Sequence record: LC680884.1
Length of the DNA stretch: 64,000 nucleotides
Strand: one strand, 5' to 3'
Position 1 is the stretch's first letter. Each line of letters opens with the position of its first letter. This document shows, piece after piece, positions 19,209 through 29,324 of this stretch. The notes beneath the pieces are model-generated. The model searched no databases and had not been told where the DNA came from. It saw only the letters and a list, made by a program, of their open reading frames with translations. A program made the translations under genes and the position numbers.

Positions 19209-19394
19209 ATGAATAATTATAAAATTGGACAGTGGGTGGTAATCCATGTAATTAAAGGATTTCATCAAGAATATGTTGACGCAGAAATTATGGATATTTA
19301 TGGAAATCTTATTGCTTTATGTGATAAGAAAGGAAGAAAATTCATAGTTAAACCAGATGCAATTACTGGTTTAACTATGAATAAAGGGGCTTAA
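19209..19394 (+). CDS. Small hypothetical protein
   Basis: 61 aa, last gene before a terminator. Confidence 0.55.
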   Translation: MNNYKIGQWVVIHVIKGFHQEYVDAEIMDIYGNLIALCDKKGRKFIVKPDAITGLTMNKGA

Positions 19395-19414
19395 TAGCCC
19401 TTATTTTTTTTTTC
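19383..19414 (+). terminator. Intrinsic terminator
   Basis: GGGCT-TAAT-AGCCC followed by a long T tract. Confidence 0.8.
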
Positions 19415-19426
19415 TATTTTTTCCAA

Positions 19427-19438
19427 AACAAATAGCTA
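19427..19438 (+). promoter_or_regulatory. Late-type promoter AACA-N6-TA
   Basis: AACAAATAGCTA, 29 nt before 19467. Confidence 0.6.
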
Positions 19439-19466
19439 TAGATATAGAATAGGACGGTGGTTTATT

Positions 19467-19844
19467 ATGTCTACAAAGCAAATTAGACGATTTCCAATAT
19501 ATCTTCAAAGTGAACAAATAGTATTGATGCCAAAAAACTGTGATATAGTATCTGTAAAGAGTCAACAGGATAATATAGCCTTATTTGCATTAGTTAATCC
19601 CAATGAGGATAAATTAGAGGAAATAGAAGTAAAATTATATAGTGATGAGGAAAATATTGATATTGATGTTTCTAAATATCGTTATTTGGATTCAGTATTA
19701 TTACGATCTGGATGCATTACATACCATGTTTTCATAAGATATGTAAGTAATAACAGTGGTGTAAGCAATAGTAGTGAAAAAATAAATACAAATATTTATA
19801 ATACTGAAACTAAAAAAGGGTTACTTTCATCATTATTATCATAA
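19467..19844 (+). CDS. Hypothetical phage protein
   Basis: 125-aa ORF with its own late-type promoter. Confidence 0.6.
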   Translation: MSTKQIRRFPIYLQSEQIVLMPKNCDIVSVKSQQDNIALFALVNPNEDKLEEIEVKLYSDEENIDIDVSKYRYLDSVLLRSGCITYHVFIRYVSNNSGVSNSSEKINTNIYNTETKKGLLSSLLS

Positions 19845-19868
19845 CATGAATATATTATGGTAATCCTG

Positions 19869-19880
19869 AACAAATAAATA
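19869..19880 (+). promoter_or_regulatory. Late-type promoter AACA-N6-TA
   Basis: AACAAATAAATA, 26 nt before 19906. Confidence 0.6.
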
Positions 19881-19905
19881 AGATACTTAACTTAGGGGGA
19901 TTAAT

Positions 19906-20838
19906 ATGAAAAAAATTACTGATAGTGCGCTGTTTAGACAAGTAGTTGCCAATGAAAGTGTTGTAAAAAGTATTAAAAATATTCATGTGTCTAGAGATAG
20001 AGTGGATATAACTAAATTAGATGAATCATTAAACATTATTAGTCGAAGAATTACTTTTCCAACTAAAGGAAAGACTATGCAATATGTAAATAAAGGAGAT
20101 ATCATTCTTATCAATAATCCAACTATTAAATTACCAAAATATCTAAGTACCTTTGGTAAAGTTGAAGGTGGAAAAATTGTTGCTTTAGTTGACATTGGTT
20201 ATTATTCAACTGTGAATAAAACAACAGGAATGTATGATATCTACCCAAAAACACTTTTTAACCTTATGCAGAATGGAACAATATTGTTAGAATTAGTCAA
20301 TAACTGGAATCGTTTTACTAACAATATGACAATCCTTAAAAATGGAGCAATTGTCTACTCAAAACTAGTTGGTAAAGTAATGGATAAACTATTTGCTATT
20401 AATATTGATGATTATAAATTAGATCTCATTAACTTCTTTTTAGCTAAATTCTTCCTTATTAATTTATGTGGAAAAACTAATAATGATACTGTAGATAATA
20501 TTGCTTATCATGCTTGTTTTAATAAGTCATCTCTTAAACTTATTAAAGAGGAAGAAATGCGTTTTGATAATAATGCGTATGAAGATATTTTTAAATTATT
20601 TGATAATTTAAGAGATATCAAAGGAATGAAAGATTTAAATGTTAGAAGTTTTGTAGAGAACTGGGCAAGAATGTATGGTGAGACTACATTATTAGGCTTG
20701 GACTATCTTCCTTCTTTCCTTTCAACTATTTTTGGAGCTGTAGTAAATGGTAATATCTCCAAAGATTATATTATTGAAAGTGTTGCTGGAAAATTTATTA
20801 ATAGTATTTATACAGAATTTAGTAAACTACTAAAATAA
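19906..20838 (+). CDS. Hypothetical protein, first gene of the late tail operon
   Basis: 310 aa; RBS GGGGGA; context only. Confidence 0.55.
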   Translation: MKKITDSALFRQVVANESVVKSIKNIHVSRDRVDITKLDESLNIISRRITFPTKGKTMQYVNKGDIILINNPTIKLPKYLSTFGKVEGGKIVALVDIGYYSTVNKTTGMYDIYPKTLFNLMQNGTILLELVNNWNRFTNNMTILKNGAIVYSKLVGKVMDKLFAINIDDYKLDLINFFLAKFFLINLCGKTNNDTVDNIAYHACFNKSSLKLIKEEEMRFDNNAYEDIFKLFDNLRDIKGMKDLNVRSFVENWARMYGETTLLGLDYLPSFLSTIFGAVVNGNISKDYIIESVAGKFINSIYTEFSKLLK

Positions 20839-20854
20839 AGAGAGGTGATTTGGA

Positions 20855-23407
20855 ATGTTGAATGCTACTCTAAAGAGTATTTCATTAAATAAGAGTTCTT
20901 TAGATTCAATTAGTGTTCAAATTATTGCTGAAATTATCAATGATTCTGGCTATCCTGTTAAATTTAAGATTTTAGATGAAAAAGGAAATGTGCTAGATGG
21001 AATAGATAACTTTGTAGCTACTCCAATCAATATCTCTAAATTTTTTTATATTAGTAAGGATTATTTTCAAGGAACTGAAACTGAATTTATTTTATATATG
21101 GAAGATGAGAGTGGTGCAACATCCTCTGTATCTAAAAAAATTGATACATTTAATATAGAAAATCTTTCAAGATCAGCTGTAGAGGAATTCCAATGGAGTG
21201 TAAGGAATTTCTCTACGGTTCCTATTTATTCAATTATTCAAGTATTGAATAATGAAGGTGAAATAATTTATAATAGTAATGAGTATAAAAAAATTTATGG
21301 TATTGATTATACACTATACAAGTATGTATGCAATGATCTTTTAAATACATCCGAAGGTGAATATTACTATAGAGTAAAATATTATAGTAAAGAAGAAAAT
21401 TGGAATAGGTTTTATCCTAGTGAATCTGGTCTTAAATTAACATTGAGAGATAATACTAATCCTCGGTTGAGGATAAAGGATACCAAGATAAGAAGAGAAA
21501 CTGATCATTTTGCTTTATCATCAAGAATATTGATTAGTGATGATGAAGAAGACGATATAATCTATACGATAACTGATAATATTGGGAGTTCTATTGTTAA
21601 TCTAAGAAGCTATACTTATAGTCCAAAATTAGAGCATCTCTATTATGAATATCCATTTAGTTATTTTAATGTAAGTAAACTCACTCTAACAGTTGATGTA
21701 AATGATAAATTATACGGTAAAAGTCAACAACAAGATACTATTAAGCTTTATGATCTATATGATTTTTATCGTGAAAGAAATATGTTTAAATGGAAATTTC
21801 GAAATTACTCAAACAAGAGTATAGCAATGCAAGTAGAAGTAACTGATTTTGATGGTAAAATTATTAAATCCGGTCAGGTTATTAGATATAGAAATAGTAA
21901 CAATTATATTGACTTAGAAGATGAAACTAAATTCATTCTTGATAGGGATTACTATAAATACCACTTAAAAGTATGGTGTGATGAAGAGGATTGGGAAGAA
22001 TACTATCCATTTGATAAAAGATTAGAAGATGGCATTCAATTTACAGTAAGAAAACATAAAGACCCTGTAGTTACTATTAATGAATGTCGTATATACCGAG
22101 ATTTAGATAATATAAAATATTTATTACTAAAAGCAAATATTAAAGATGATCCAGAGAATGACCAATTCTTATTCACCATATCTGATGAAGATGGTAATAT
22201 AATACGAAAAGCAAGAGATTTTATTGATACGCCATATGATTTAGATATAAAAGCCGTATATGATATAATAGATAGAACACATGTCAATATCACTCTAGCC
22301 ATACAAGATGATAACAATGGAGAAAATATTCAAACTGTTTTAGCACCTGCATTTCAAATTAACGGATTAAAACAAGATAAAGGTCATATATTCTCATGGT
22401 ATGTAGATAATTATTCAATTCAAAATTTAAAATTTTCCATTGAAATATTAAAAGAAAATGAAGAAACAACTGAAGAAGATTATATCGTCTATAGAGAGAG
22501 TGACTATCAAACTATCGGAAGTACTGTGAGACCAAGATTTGTTGAACAACGACTATATCCAAAACTTCCTGAAGGCTCTTATCGTTATCGTTTAAAGATT
22601 TATTCTGAACATGAGGACTGGACTACGTATTATCCAAATGAAAAGGGATATGCATTTTCAGCATTAAAGAATAATAAACCAGAAATTGAAGTACATTCGA
22701 TAGAGCTAAAAAAAGAGGAAGATAATAAATTTGGTCTTTCAATTAATGGATCTGTTACAGATATTGACGAAGATCTCGTTAAATTAACTGCAAAAGATCA
22801 ATATGGTAATAAATTACTTGATAATGATTTTCAAAAAACACCTTTAGATTTTTCTATAAATTATGGTTACAATGTGTCACAATTATTATCACCTAGATTA
22901 ATAGTTTATATGGATGCATTAGATGAAGGAGATGCATTAAATACTAGAACTGAAATTATCAATCTTTTTGATATTCAAAATTTATATAGAGATTATGATA
23001 ATTTTTATTGGTTATTTAGAAATTTCACAAATATTCCAATTATAATGCAGGTTGAAATACTTGACAATGAAGGTAATTTAGAGGGTGCAGGAAAAGAAAT
23101 AAGTGTTGGAAATCAAAGAGAATATAGAGAATACTTAGAGAGTATCAAATTTGATGATTATGATGAAGGTAATTATTTCTTTAGGATTAGACTTTCTACG
23201 CCCTCAGAAACGTGGACATCCTTCTATCCTAATATAAATGGTTTACCATTTGAAATGATTAAGAATAATGCCCCTATAATAAATGTAGATTCAACCAATG
23301 TTAAAAGAATTGGAAGTAGCCACTATGATGTATCAATAAAAGCTACTATAACTGATAAAGATGGAAATAAGGTTTATTATACAATAAGGGACGATATCAA
23401 GGAGTGA
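20855..23407 (+). CDS. Putative tail/baseplate structural protein with tandem beta-sandwich repeats (N-terminal half of a split gene)
   Basis: Repeats of W.FRN(Y/F)S...MQVEI.D..G...YRL...E.W..YYP. Confidence 0.6.
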   Translation: MLNATLKSISLNKSSLDSISVQIIAEIINDSGYPVKFKILDEKGNVLDGIDNFVATPINISKFFYISKDYFQGTETEFILYMEDESGATSSVSKKIDTFNIENLSRSAVEEFQWSVRNFSTVPIYSIIQVLNNEGEIIYNSNEYKKIYGIDYTLYKYVCNDLLNTSEGEYYYRVKYYSKEENWNRFYPSESGLKLTLRDNTNPRLRIKDTKIRRETDHFALSSRILISDDEEDDIIYTITDNIGSSIVNLRSYTYSPKLEHLYYEYPFSYFNVSKLTLTVDVNDKLYGKSQQQDTIKLYDLYDFYRERNMFKWKFRNYSNKSIAMQVEVTDFDGKIIKSGQVIRYRNSNNYIDLEDETKFILDRDYYKYHLKVWCDEEDWEEYYPFDKRLEDGIQFTVRKHKDPVVTINECRIYRDLDNIKYLLLKANIKDDPENDQFLFTISDEDGNIIRKARDFIDTPYDLDIKAVYDIIDRTHVNITLAIQDDNNGENIQTVLAPAFQINGLKQDKGHIFSWYVDNYSIQNLKFSIEILKENEETTEEDYIVYRESDYQTIGSTVRPRFVEQRLYPKLPEGSYRYRLKIYSEHEDWTTYYPNEKGYAFSALKNNKPEIEVHSIELKKEEDNKFGLSINGSVTDIDEDLVKLTAKDQYGNKLLDNDFQKTPLDFSINYGYNVSQLLSPRLIVYMDALDEGDALNTRTEIINLFDIQNLYRDYDNFYWLFRNFTNIPIIMQVEILDNEGNLEGAGKEISVGNQREYREYLESIKFDDYDEGNYFFRIRLSTPSETWTSFYPNINGLPFEMIKNNAPIINVDSTNVKRIGSSHYDVSIKATITDKDGNKVYYTIRDDIKE

Positions 23408-23414
23408 TAAATTT

Positions 23415-25748
23415 ATGTCAATTAGATTTCAATCCGAATTCTTAAATTCACCTATTGACATTGATGAACTTCTCAGTTATAACACAGATGGGTTCGATAG
23501 TACCCATCTGACCCTTTCTATAACTGCGAGAGATGATAATGGTGCAACAACTGAGAAAGATGAGGAAATCCCTCTTTTCTATATTGGAGAATTAGATAAA
23601 CAAAAAAATCAATTCTCTTGGAATTTTAAAAACTATTCTAAACTAGAGATCTACATGCAAATAGAAATTATAGATAATAACGGCGATGTAATCACTAGAG
23701 GAGAAAAATTTAAAAAATCTCTCAGTATTACAGATACACTATTTACAGATAATTTACCTTCTGTCACTTATAAGAATGATGAATATTTTTATCGTTTAAG
23801 AGTATGGTGTGTTGATGAAGCTTGGGACAGTTATTTTCCAAATAGAGATGGGATATTATTTAAAATTGATAAAGATTATAAAGAACTAAGAGAAATAACT
23901 ATCAATGGCGATATTCGTTATATGAATAAATTTTTAATGGATAAATTAACAAATAAAAATTATATTGATCCTAGTTATATTAAAAAATTAATAAATCTTA
24001 TTTGTAATCCAGTAAATAATAGAGTATTTAAATTAACTACTGGTACTAAAGGAAAATATCTATTAACTAATAAGTTTGATGCTTATGGCGAAGAGGCTAA
24101 TTTTGGGGTAAATGGTGAAAAGTATCAATTTACTATGAAAGATATAAATCATTTTATATCTGATAGACATAAATTAAATGCGTATGTTGATGGTAAAAAG
24201 ATATTTCACCGAGACAATAATTCTCAAAATAAGTTAGATGGAATAAGTCGTTCGTATTTAAAAGAGGGTGATATAAAAGATGATTCAACTATAGAATTGG
24301 AAACTTTTAGAAACCCATTAATTGATTACGAAGAAATTAAATGTACTTATATTATTCAAACAAAAGAAGACGTTGAGAATCTATATACAAAGGGAATTAC
24401 TGTTAAAACAGATGGAATTGGAAAATATTTCTCTCATAGAGATTTTTCAGTTTATGTTAGATTCAAGAATAGTAACTCATGGAAACGTGTTAATCCTAAA
24501 AGAACTAAAATTATTGTTAATTACTTTACAGAAGATCGTTTTTCTCTAGAGGTAATTATAAAAGATAATTACATTCCGAAAATTGGGAATGAGATTATGG
24601 TAGTTTCCAATAATATCACTGAATCAATGTTCTTTAAGACTGATGCTTTTAACTTAATGGCAAATTACTATCAAGTTCCATGTTATTTTGTTCCTGTTTC
24701 TCATGTGACAAGTAATGGTGAAGTAGTTACAGAATTTATGGAAGATATAGAAAATGTAGAGGTATTTGTTAATGGATATCGGTTAACTCCCAATGATGAT
24801 TTTGCATTAATTAATATGCAACTTCATAATCAAATTCCAAGTATGATTCTTTTTAAAGATATGACTCATTTTGGTTCTAAAATTGAATTAACTTTTAGAG
24901 ATTATATGAAAAACTCATACTTTTTCTTTAGTGAAGTTCCAAAGAGAGAGGATAACAGGGCAATAATAACTCTACAAGATGATTCTTATCCTTTAATAGA
25001 TGGAACTTTTACTATTTATGCCAACAATAAGAAGCTAAATAGTACACAATACGATATCATAAACTCTAAATCACTTATTTTAAAAAATATTGGAACCAGA
25101 AAAAATATAATGATTACTTTTCATTATCAAGAAGATGATCTTCTTAAAAGACTAATTGAACTCTATAAAAAATATCCCTCAAAAGATGATATCAAGTCAA
25201 AGAGAATTGGTCAAGATAAATTCATTGAAGAATGGTTAAAAACTCATTCAAGTGAAGCTATAGAAGAAACTGATCAAGATAAATATATTGGACTTAAATA
25301 TATTTATCAATTGAAAGATAAATATCAATATTTTGAGCAACTATTTAATATGATTAAAAATAATATTGCTCCCGAATTAGATTCAAATAACAACAATCTT
25401 TTTACTGGTTTAAAAGAAAGTCCAGTAGTTATGGATTATATGAAAAAATTACCTACCTATTTCAATCATGATATAAGTGTTAACTGTAACAGATCCTATA
25501 ATGAACGGAGATTTGAGGATAATATTTCCTTATTTAATCCCGGCAGGTCTTATCTTATTAATACAAAAGTAGATAGACAATTTATACAGGATAAAGATTG
25601 TGATTTTGACTGCAATGAAATTGGTAGTATTGAGTTTTTAACTTATTTGAACGAAAATTTATCACTAGTGTTGCCTTACTTAAATAACAATATATTAATC
25701 GATTGTAATGAACCGTATGATAAGGTAAATTACAAAGGATTAAAATAA
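23415..25748 (+). CDS. Putative tail/baseplate structural protein (continues the repeat of the previous gene)
   Basis: N-terminus completes the repeat (FSWNFKNYS...MQIEIIDNNG...YRLRVW...WDSYFP); SD AAGGAGTGA. Confidence 0.6.
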   Translation: MSIRFQSEFLNSPIDIDELLSYNTDGFDSTHLTLSITARDDNGATTEKDEEIPLFYIGELDKQKNQFSWNFKNYSKLEIYMQIEIIDNNGDVITRGEKFKKSLSITDTLFTDNLPSVTYKNDEYFYRLRVWCVDEAWDSYFPNRDGILFKIDKDYKELREITINGDIRYMNKFLMDKLTNKNYIDPSYIKKLINLICNPVNNRVFKLTTGTKGKYLLTNKFDAYGEEANFGVNGEKYQFTMKDINHFISDRHKLNAYVDGKKIFHRDNNSQNKLDGISRSYLKEGDIKDDSTIELETFRNPLIDYEEIKCTYIIQTKEDVENLYTKGITVKTDGIGKYFSHRDFSVYVRFKNSNSWKRVNPKRTKIIVNYFTEDRFSLEVIIKDNYIPKIGNEIMVVSNNITESMFFKTDAFNLMANYYQVPCYFVPVSHVTSNGEVVTEFMEDIENVEVFVNGYRLTPNDDFALINMQLHNQIPSMILFKDMTHFGSKIELTFRDYMKNSYFFFSEVPKREDNRAIITLQDDSYPLIDGTFTIYANNKKLNSTQYDIINSKSLILKNIGTRKNIMITFHYQEDDLLKRLIELYKKYPSKDDIKSKRIGQDKFIEEWLKTHSSEAIEETDQDKYIGLKYIYQLKDKYQYFEQLFNMIKNNIAPELDSNNNNLFTGLKESPVVMDYMKKLPTYFNHDISVNCNRSYNERRFEDNISLFNPGRSYLINTKVDRQFIQDKDCDFDCNEIGSIEFLTYLNENLSLVLPYLNNNILIDCNEPYDKVNYKGLK

Positions 25749-25771
25749 CAGAAAAGGATGTGTAGACTCTA

Positions 25772-28603
25772 ATGGCTTATGATTTGAGTTCTTTCTATAC
25801 AAACACATTAAGCTCAAATAGCTTGAGTAAGACAATTATTGACCAATTAATGGCTGATAATCGCTTTAGTTCTGTCTCCAAAATTACCTTGAATGGTACT
25901 AACTATTCTTCTGGTAATGCTAATACTGACCCTATTGGCTACACAGAAACAGGACGTCCAATTTATGAATCCAGTGTTGGAGTCACTATGAATGACGAAC
26001 TTAAAGATGCTATTGAGAAAAAGCATGCTAGAAACACTGACTCTATGCTTAAAAATATTGGTAGTACTGTATTGGAAAATACAAGCACTGGTAATATTGC
26101 TGCTTTTGTTTCTCAAGGTGTTATTAAGGCTCTTATTACTGAAGATGGACACTTTACTGGTAAAATTAAATTGGAAAACATTGAAGATCTTAATAAATTA
26201 ACACTAGATACTTCTCGTTTTTATATTAAATCAGAAGTAGATAGTCTATTATCTGCAAAAATTGCAAAGTCTGATCTTTTCAATGCAGATAAAAAAATTT
26301 ATTCTGAATTCATTGATAAAGATATTGTTCGTCATACTGAGTTTGATCCTCACTTCAATGATTCAGTTCGACACATTACTGGAACTGAACGTGGAGCATG
26401 GAATAATAAGTATGATAAACCTGCTACTGGTATTCCAATGAAAGATCTAGATCCAGTTGTTTCTGATCGTATTAAAGCATCTGCTTTAAATTCCGATCTT
26501 TCTAATCATACTAATAATCTTGATATTCATACATCATCTACTGAGCGTGCTAAATGGAATGCTAAGTATGATAAACCTGCTACTGGTATTCCAATGACTG
26601 ATTTCTCTGAAATTGTTCAAAATAGTATCAATAGTGCGGCTAAAGCAGTTGATCTTCAAGATCATGAAGACGATGTTATTAAACATATCACAGGCGAAGA
26701 ACGTGATAAATGGAATGCTAAGTATGATAAACCTGCTAACGGCGTTCCAATGAAAGATTTAGAATTACCTGTCCAAGATAAAATTAATGGTGCGGCTACA
26801 GCTACAGCTCTAACCGATCACAAAAATGATTCAGTTGCTCACATTACTAATGCTGAACGTCTTTCTTGGAATGGAAAATATGTAAAACCATCAACTGGTG
26901 TTCCAATGGCTGATTTGGATTCTAGTGTACAGAGTAAAATTGGTAGTGCGGCTACTAAGAAAGAACTTACTGATCACGCTTCAAATACTACTGTCCATAT
27001 TAGTGAAAAAGAACGTGAAAATTGGAATAACCACAAGGCTGATGGTACAATCCATATTACAGAAACAGAACGTTCTAAATGGAACGTTAAATATGACAAA
27101 CCATCAACTGGTATCCCTGAAACTGATCTTGCTTCTGGCTTACAGACAAAGATTAATGGAATGGTTACTAATGCAGATTTCTTAGAACACGAAACTGATA
27201 GTGTGCGTCACTTAGCTCAATCAGAACGTGATAAATGGAATGCTAAGTATGATAAACCATTAACAGGAATTCCTGAAGAAGATCTTGAAAAAGATCTCAA
27301 AACTAAAATTAATAGTGCGGCTACTTCTGCTGATCTTGCGGCTCATGCCAATGATACTGTTAAACATATTACAACTGTTGAGCGTAGTAACTGGAATGCC
27401 AAATATGTCAAACCAACTGATGGTATCCCTGAAACTGATCTTACCCTTGCTTTCCGTGATAAAGTAGCTGGAATGGCAACACAGGCAAATCTAAATGCAC
27501 ATGCTACTGATGCTGTTAAACACATCACTGCTGATGAAAGAATTGCTTGGAATGGCAAGTATGCTAAACCAGAAGAAGGTATTCCGGCGGCAGATTTGGA
27601 AGCAGGACTTGAGGCTAAAATCAATGGTTCAGCTTCTGCGGCAGATCTAACTACCCATGTAGATAATACTACTGTTCACATTACTGCTGAAGAGCGTACT
27701 ATCTGGAATGGCAAGTATGCTAAACCATCAACTGGTATTCCTGAGTCTGATATGGCACAGTCATTTATTTCTAAAGTAAATGGCATGGTATCAAACACAG
27801 ACTTTAATGCTCATGCTACTGATACAGTTAAACACGTAACTGCTTCAGAAAGAGCTAGCTGGAACGCTAAGTATGCTAAACCTAATACTGGTATTCCAGA
27901 AAATGATCTGTCCGATGCCCTTAAAGGTAAGATTGATGGTGCGGCTTCTGTTGCTGATCTTTCTAATCATACTGGTGATACTACTGTTCACATTACAGAT
28001 GCTGAACGCTCTAAATGGAATGCTAAATATGACAAACCAGCTGAAGGTATTCCAGCGACTGACCTCGAAAGTGGTTTTGTTACAACTGTAGATGGCTTTG
28101 CTGACCATGTTGTTGATGGTACTATCCATGTAACAGCGGCACAAAAAACTGAGTGGTCTGCTAAGTATGCTAAACCAGCTGAAGGTATTCCTGTTGCCGA
28201 TCTTGAAGCATCTGTATCTACAGCTCTTACTAATAGTGCAAGTCATATCGCTGATGAAACTGTTCATGTAACTGATGAACAAAAAACTGAGTGGTCTGCT
28301 AAGTATGCTAAACCAGCTGAAGGTATTCCAGCGACTGATCTAGTAGTAGAATTGCAAAACAAACTTAATAGTGTTTCTATGCCTTACACTAAAACGGTAA
28401 CTGAAGAAGCTACTACTGTTTCAATTCTTGCTACTGAGCATGGAATCACTAAAGAGCCATTTGAATATTCTGTTGTGGCTTATACACAAAATGCAGAATT
28501 TTGGGAAACTGTTCAACCATCTCTTGTTCGTATCAATGATACAACAAAAGATATTGAAGTACAATTTCCTACTGCCTTTATTGGTAAAGTAGTGATCCGC
28601 TAA
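25772..28603 (+). CDS. Long tail-fibre/whisker-like protein with 13 His-pair repeats
   Basis: Consensus H-x6-H(I/V)T..ER..WN.KY.KP..GIP..DL; higher GC than its neighbours. Confidence 0.7.
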   Translation: MAYDLSSFYTNTLSSNSLSKTIIDQLMADNRFSSVSKITLNGTNYSSGNANTDPIGYTETGRPIYESSVGVTMNDELKDAIEKKHARNTDSMLKNIGSTVLENTSTGNIAAFVSQGVIKALITEDGHFTGKIKLENIEDLNKLTLDTSRFYIKSEVDSLLSAKIAKSDLFNADKKIYSEFIDKDIVRHTEFDPHFNDSVRHITGTERGAWNNKYDKPATGIPMKDLDPVVSDRIKASALNSDLSNHTNNLDIHTSSTERAKWNAKYDKPATGIPMTDFSEIVQNSINSAAKAVDLQDHEDDVIKHITGEERDKWNAKYDKPANGVPMKDLELPVQDKINGAATATALTDHKNDSVAHITNAERLSWNGKYVKPSTGVPMADLDSSVQSKIGSAATKKELTDHASNTTVHISEKERENWNNHKADGTIHITETERSKWNVKYDKPSTGIPETDLASGLQTKINGMVTNADFLEHETDSVRHLAQSERDKWNAKYDKPLTGIPEEDLEKDLKTKINSAATSADLAAHANDTVKHITTVERSNWNAKYVKPTDGIPETDLTLAFRDKVAGMATQANLNAHATDAVKHITADERIAWNGKYAKPEEGIPAADLEAGLEAKINGSASAADLTTHVDNTTVHITAEERTIWNGKYAKPSTGIPESDMAQSFISKVNGMVSNTDFNAHATDTVKHVTASERASWNAKYAKPNTGIPENDLSDALKGKIDGAASVADLSNHTGDTTVHITDAERSKWNAKYDKPAEGIPATDLESGFVTTVDGFADHVVDGTIHVTAAQKTEWSAKYAKPAEGIPVADLEASVSTALTNSASHIADETVHVTDEQKTEWSAKYAKPAEGIPATDLVVELQNKLNSVSMPYTKTVTEEATTVSILATEHGITKEPFEYSVVAYTQNAEFWETVQPSLVRINDTTKDIEVQFPTAFIGKVVIR
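26351..28380 (+). repeat. Tandem ~156-bp (52-aa) coding repeats; the last units are 46 aa
   Basis: 13 full units plus one truncated unit (HASNTTVHISEKERENWNN). Confidence 0.9.
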
Positions 28604-28610
28604 TAAAATA

Positions 28611-28653
28611 AATGTAAATGAAGATAGGCTATTTGTCTATCTTCATTTACATT
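28611..28653 (+). terminator. Intrinsic terminator (17-bp stem)
   Basis: AATGTAAATGAAGATAG / CTATCTTCATTTACATT. Confidence 0.8.
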
Positions 28654-28680
28654 ATTATTTCTAGTTCTTAAGATGAAAAG

Positions 28681-28692
28681 AACATATAGATA
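28681..28692 (+). promoter_or_regulatory. Late-type promoter AACA-N6-TA
   Basis: AACATATAGATA upstream of 28714. Confidence 0.6.
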
Positions 28693-28713
28693 AGTAGAAA
28701 ATTATTAAAGAAG

Positions 28714-29313
28714 GTGAGAGTTATTATGCCTAACGAGATGCGGATAGAATCAAATGATGTACAGAATGGTTACATTTATAAAGAATTAAATAATAGATTG
28801 TCATATATGGAAAAGAATATAGAACAGTTATTTAACCTCCTTTCTGTCATAAATTCTTCAGGAATAGAGTTGTCTCAATTAACTAATTTAATAAAAGATA
28901 TTCAGAGTAAGGCAAACATTGAATATGTAAAAAATCATGTAGAAGATAGTAAACGTCACTTAAACGATATTAAAGTATTAGATTGGGATTCTAAATATTC
29001 TAAACCTATTAATGGGATTCCCGAAAGTGATTTAGATGGGGATGTTCGTAGAAAGCTAAATGATATAAGAGAAAGTGAAGATGGTAGCTTAATTGGAGTC
29101 TTAAAATATTCAGAACTAATTGGTAATAGTAGTAACCATAGCTTTGTTATAAGACATAATTTGGGAACTGATGACATTAATGTAAGTGTATGGGATGAAG
29201 AAACAAAAGATTTAGTTATGACTAATGTTTCTATTGAAGATGCAAACACAATAAGAATAAATTTCTTATCTGCACCATCACCAAATCAATACAAAGTAAT
29301 AGTTATAGGTTAG
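28714..29313 (+). CDS. Short fibre-like protein with one His-pair repeat and a C-terminal beta domain
   Basis: HVEDSKRHL...WDSKYSKPINGIPESDL; C-terminal FVIRHNLGTDDINVSVWD. Confidence 0.6.
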   Translation: MRVIMPNEMRIESNDVQNGYIYKELNNRLSYMEKNIEQLFNLLSVINSSGIELSQLTNLIKDIQSKANIEYVKNHVEDSKRHLNDIKVLDWDSKYSKPINGIPESDLDGDVRRKLNDIRESEDGSLIGVLKYSELIGNSSNHSFVIRHNLGTDDINVSVWDEETKDLVMTNVSIEDANTIRINFLSAPSPNQYKVIVIG

Positions 29314-29324
29314 GAGGTAAATAA

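Noticed and set aside
23399-23420. T4 gene 60-type ribosomal bypass across the tail-gene split
   Set aside because: No matching take-off and landing codons (GAG vs ATG), and a strong SD favours independent initiation.
25847-28282. Alternative-frame and antisense ORFs inside the fibre gene (25847, 25992, 26898, 27285, 27343, 27845, 27873)
   Set aside because: Shadows of a repetitive, codon-biased gene; no RBS or protein-like composition.
28141-28329. Diversity-generating retroelement TR/VR pair
   Set aside because: The repeat is exact (no adenine-specific mismatches), in-frame and tandem, and there is no reverse transcriptase in the window.
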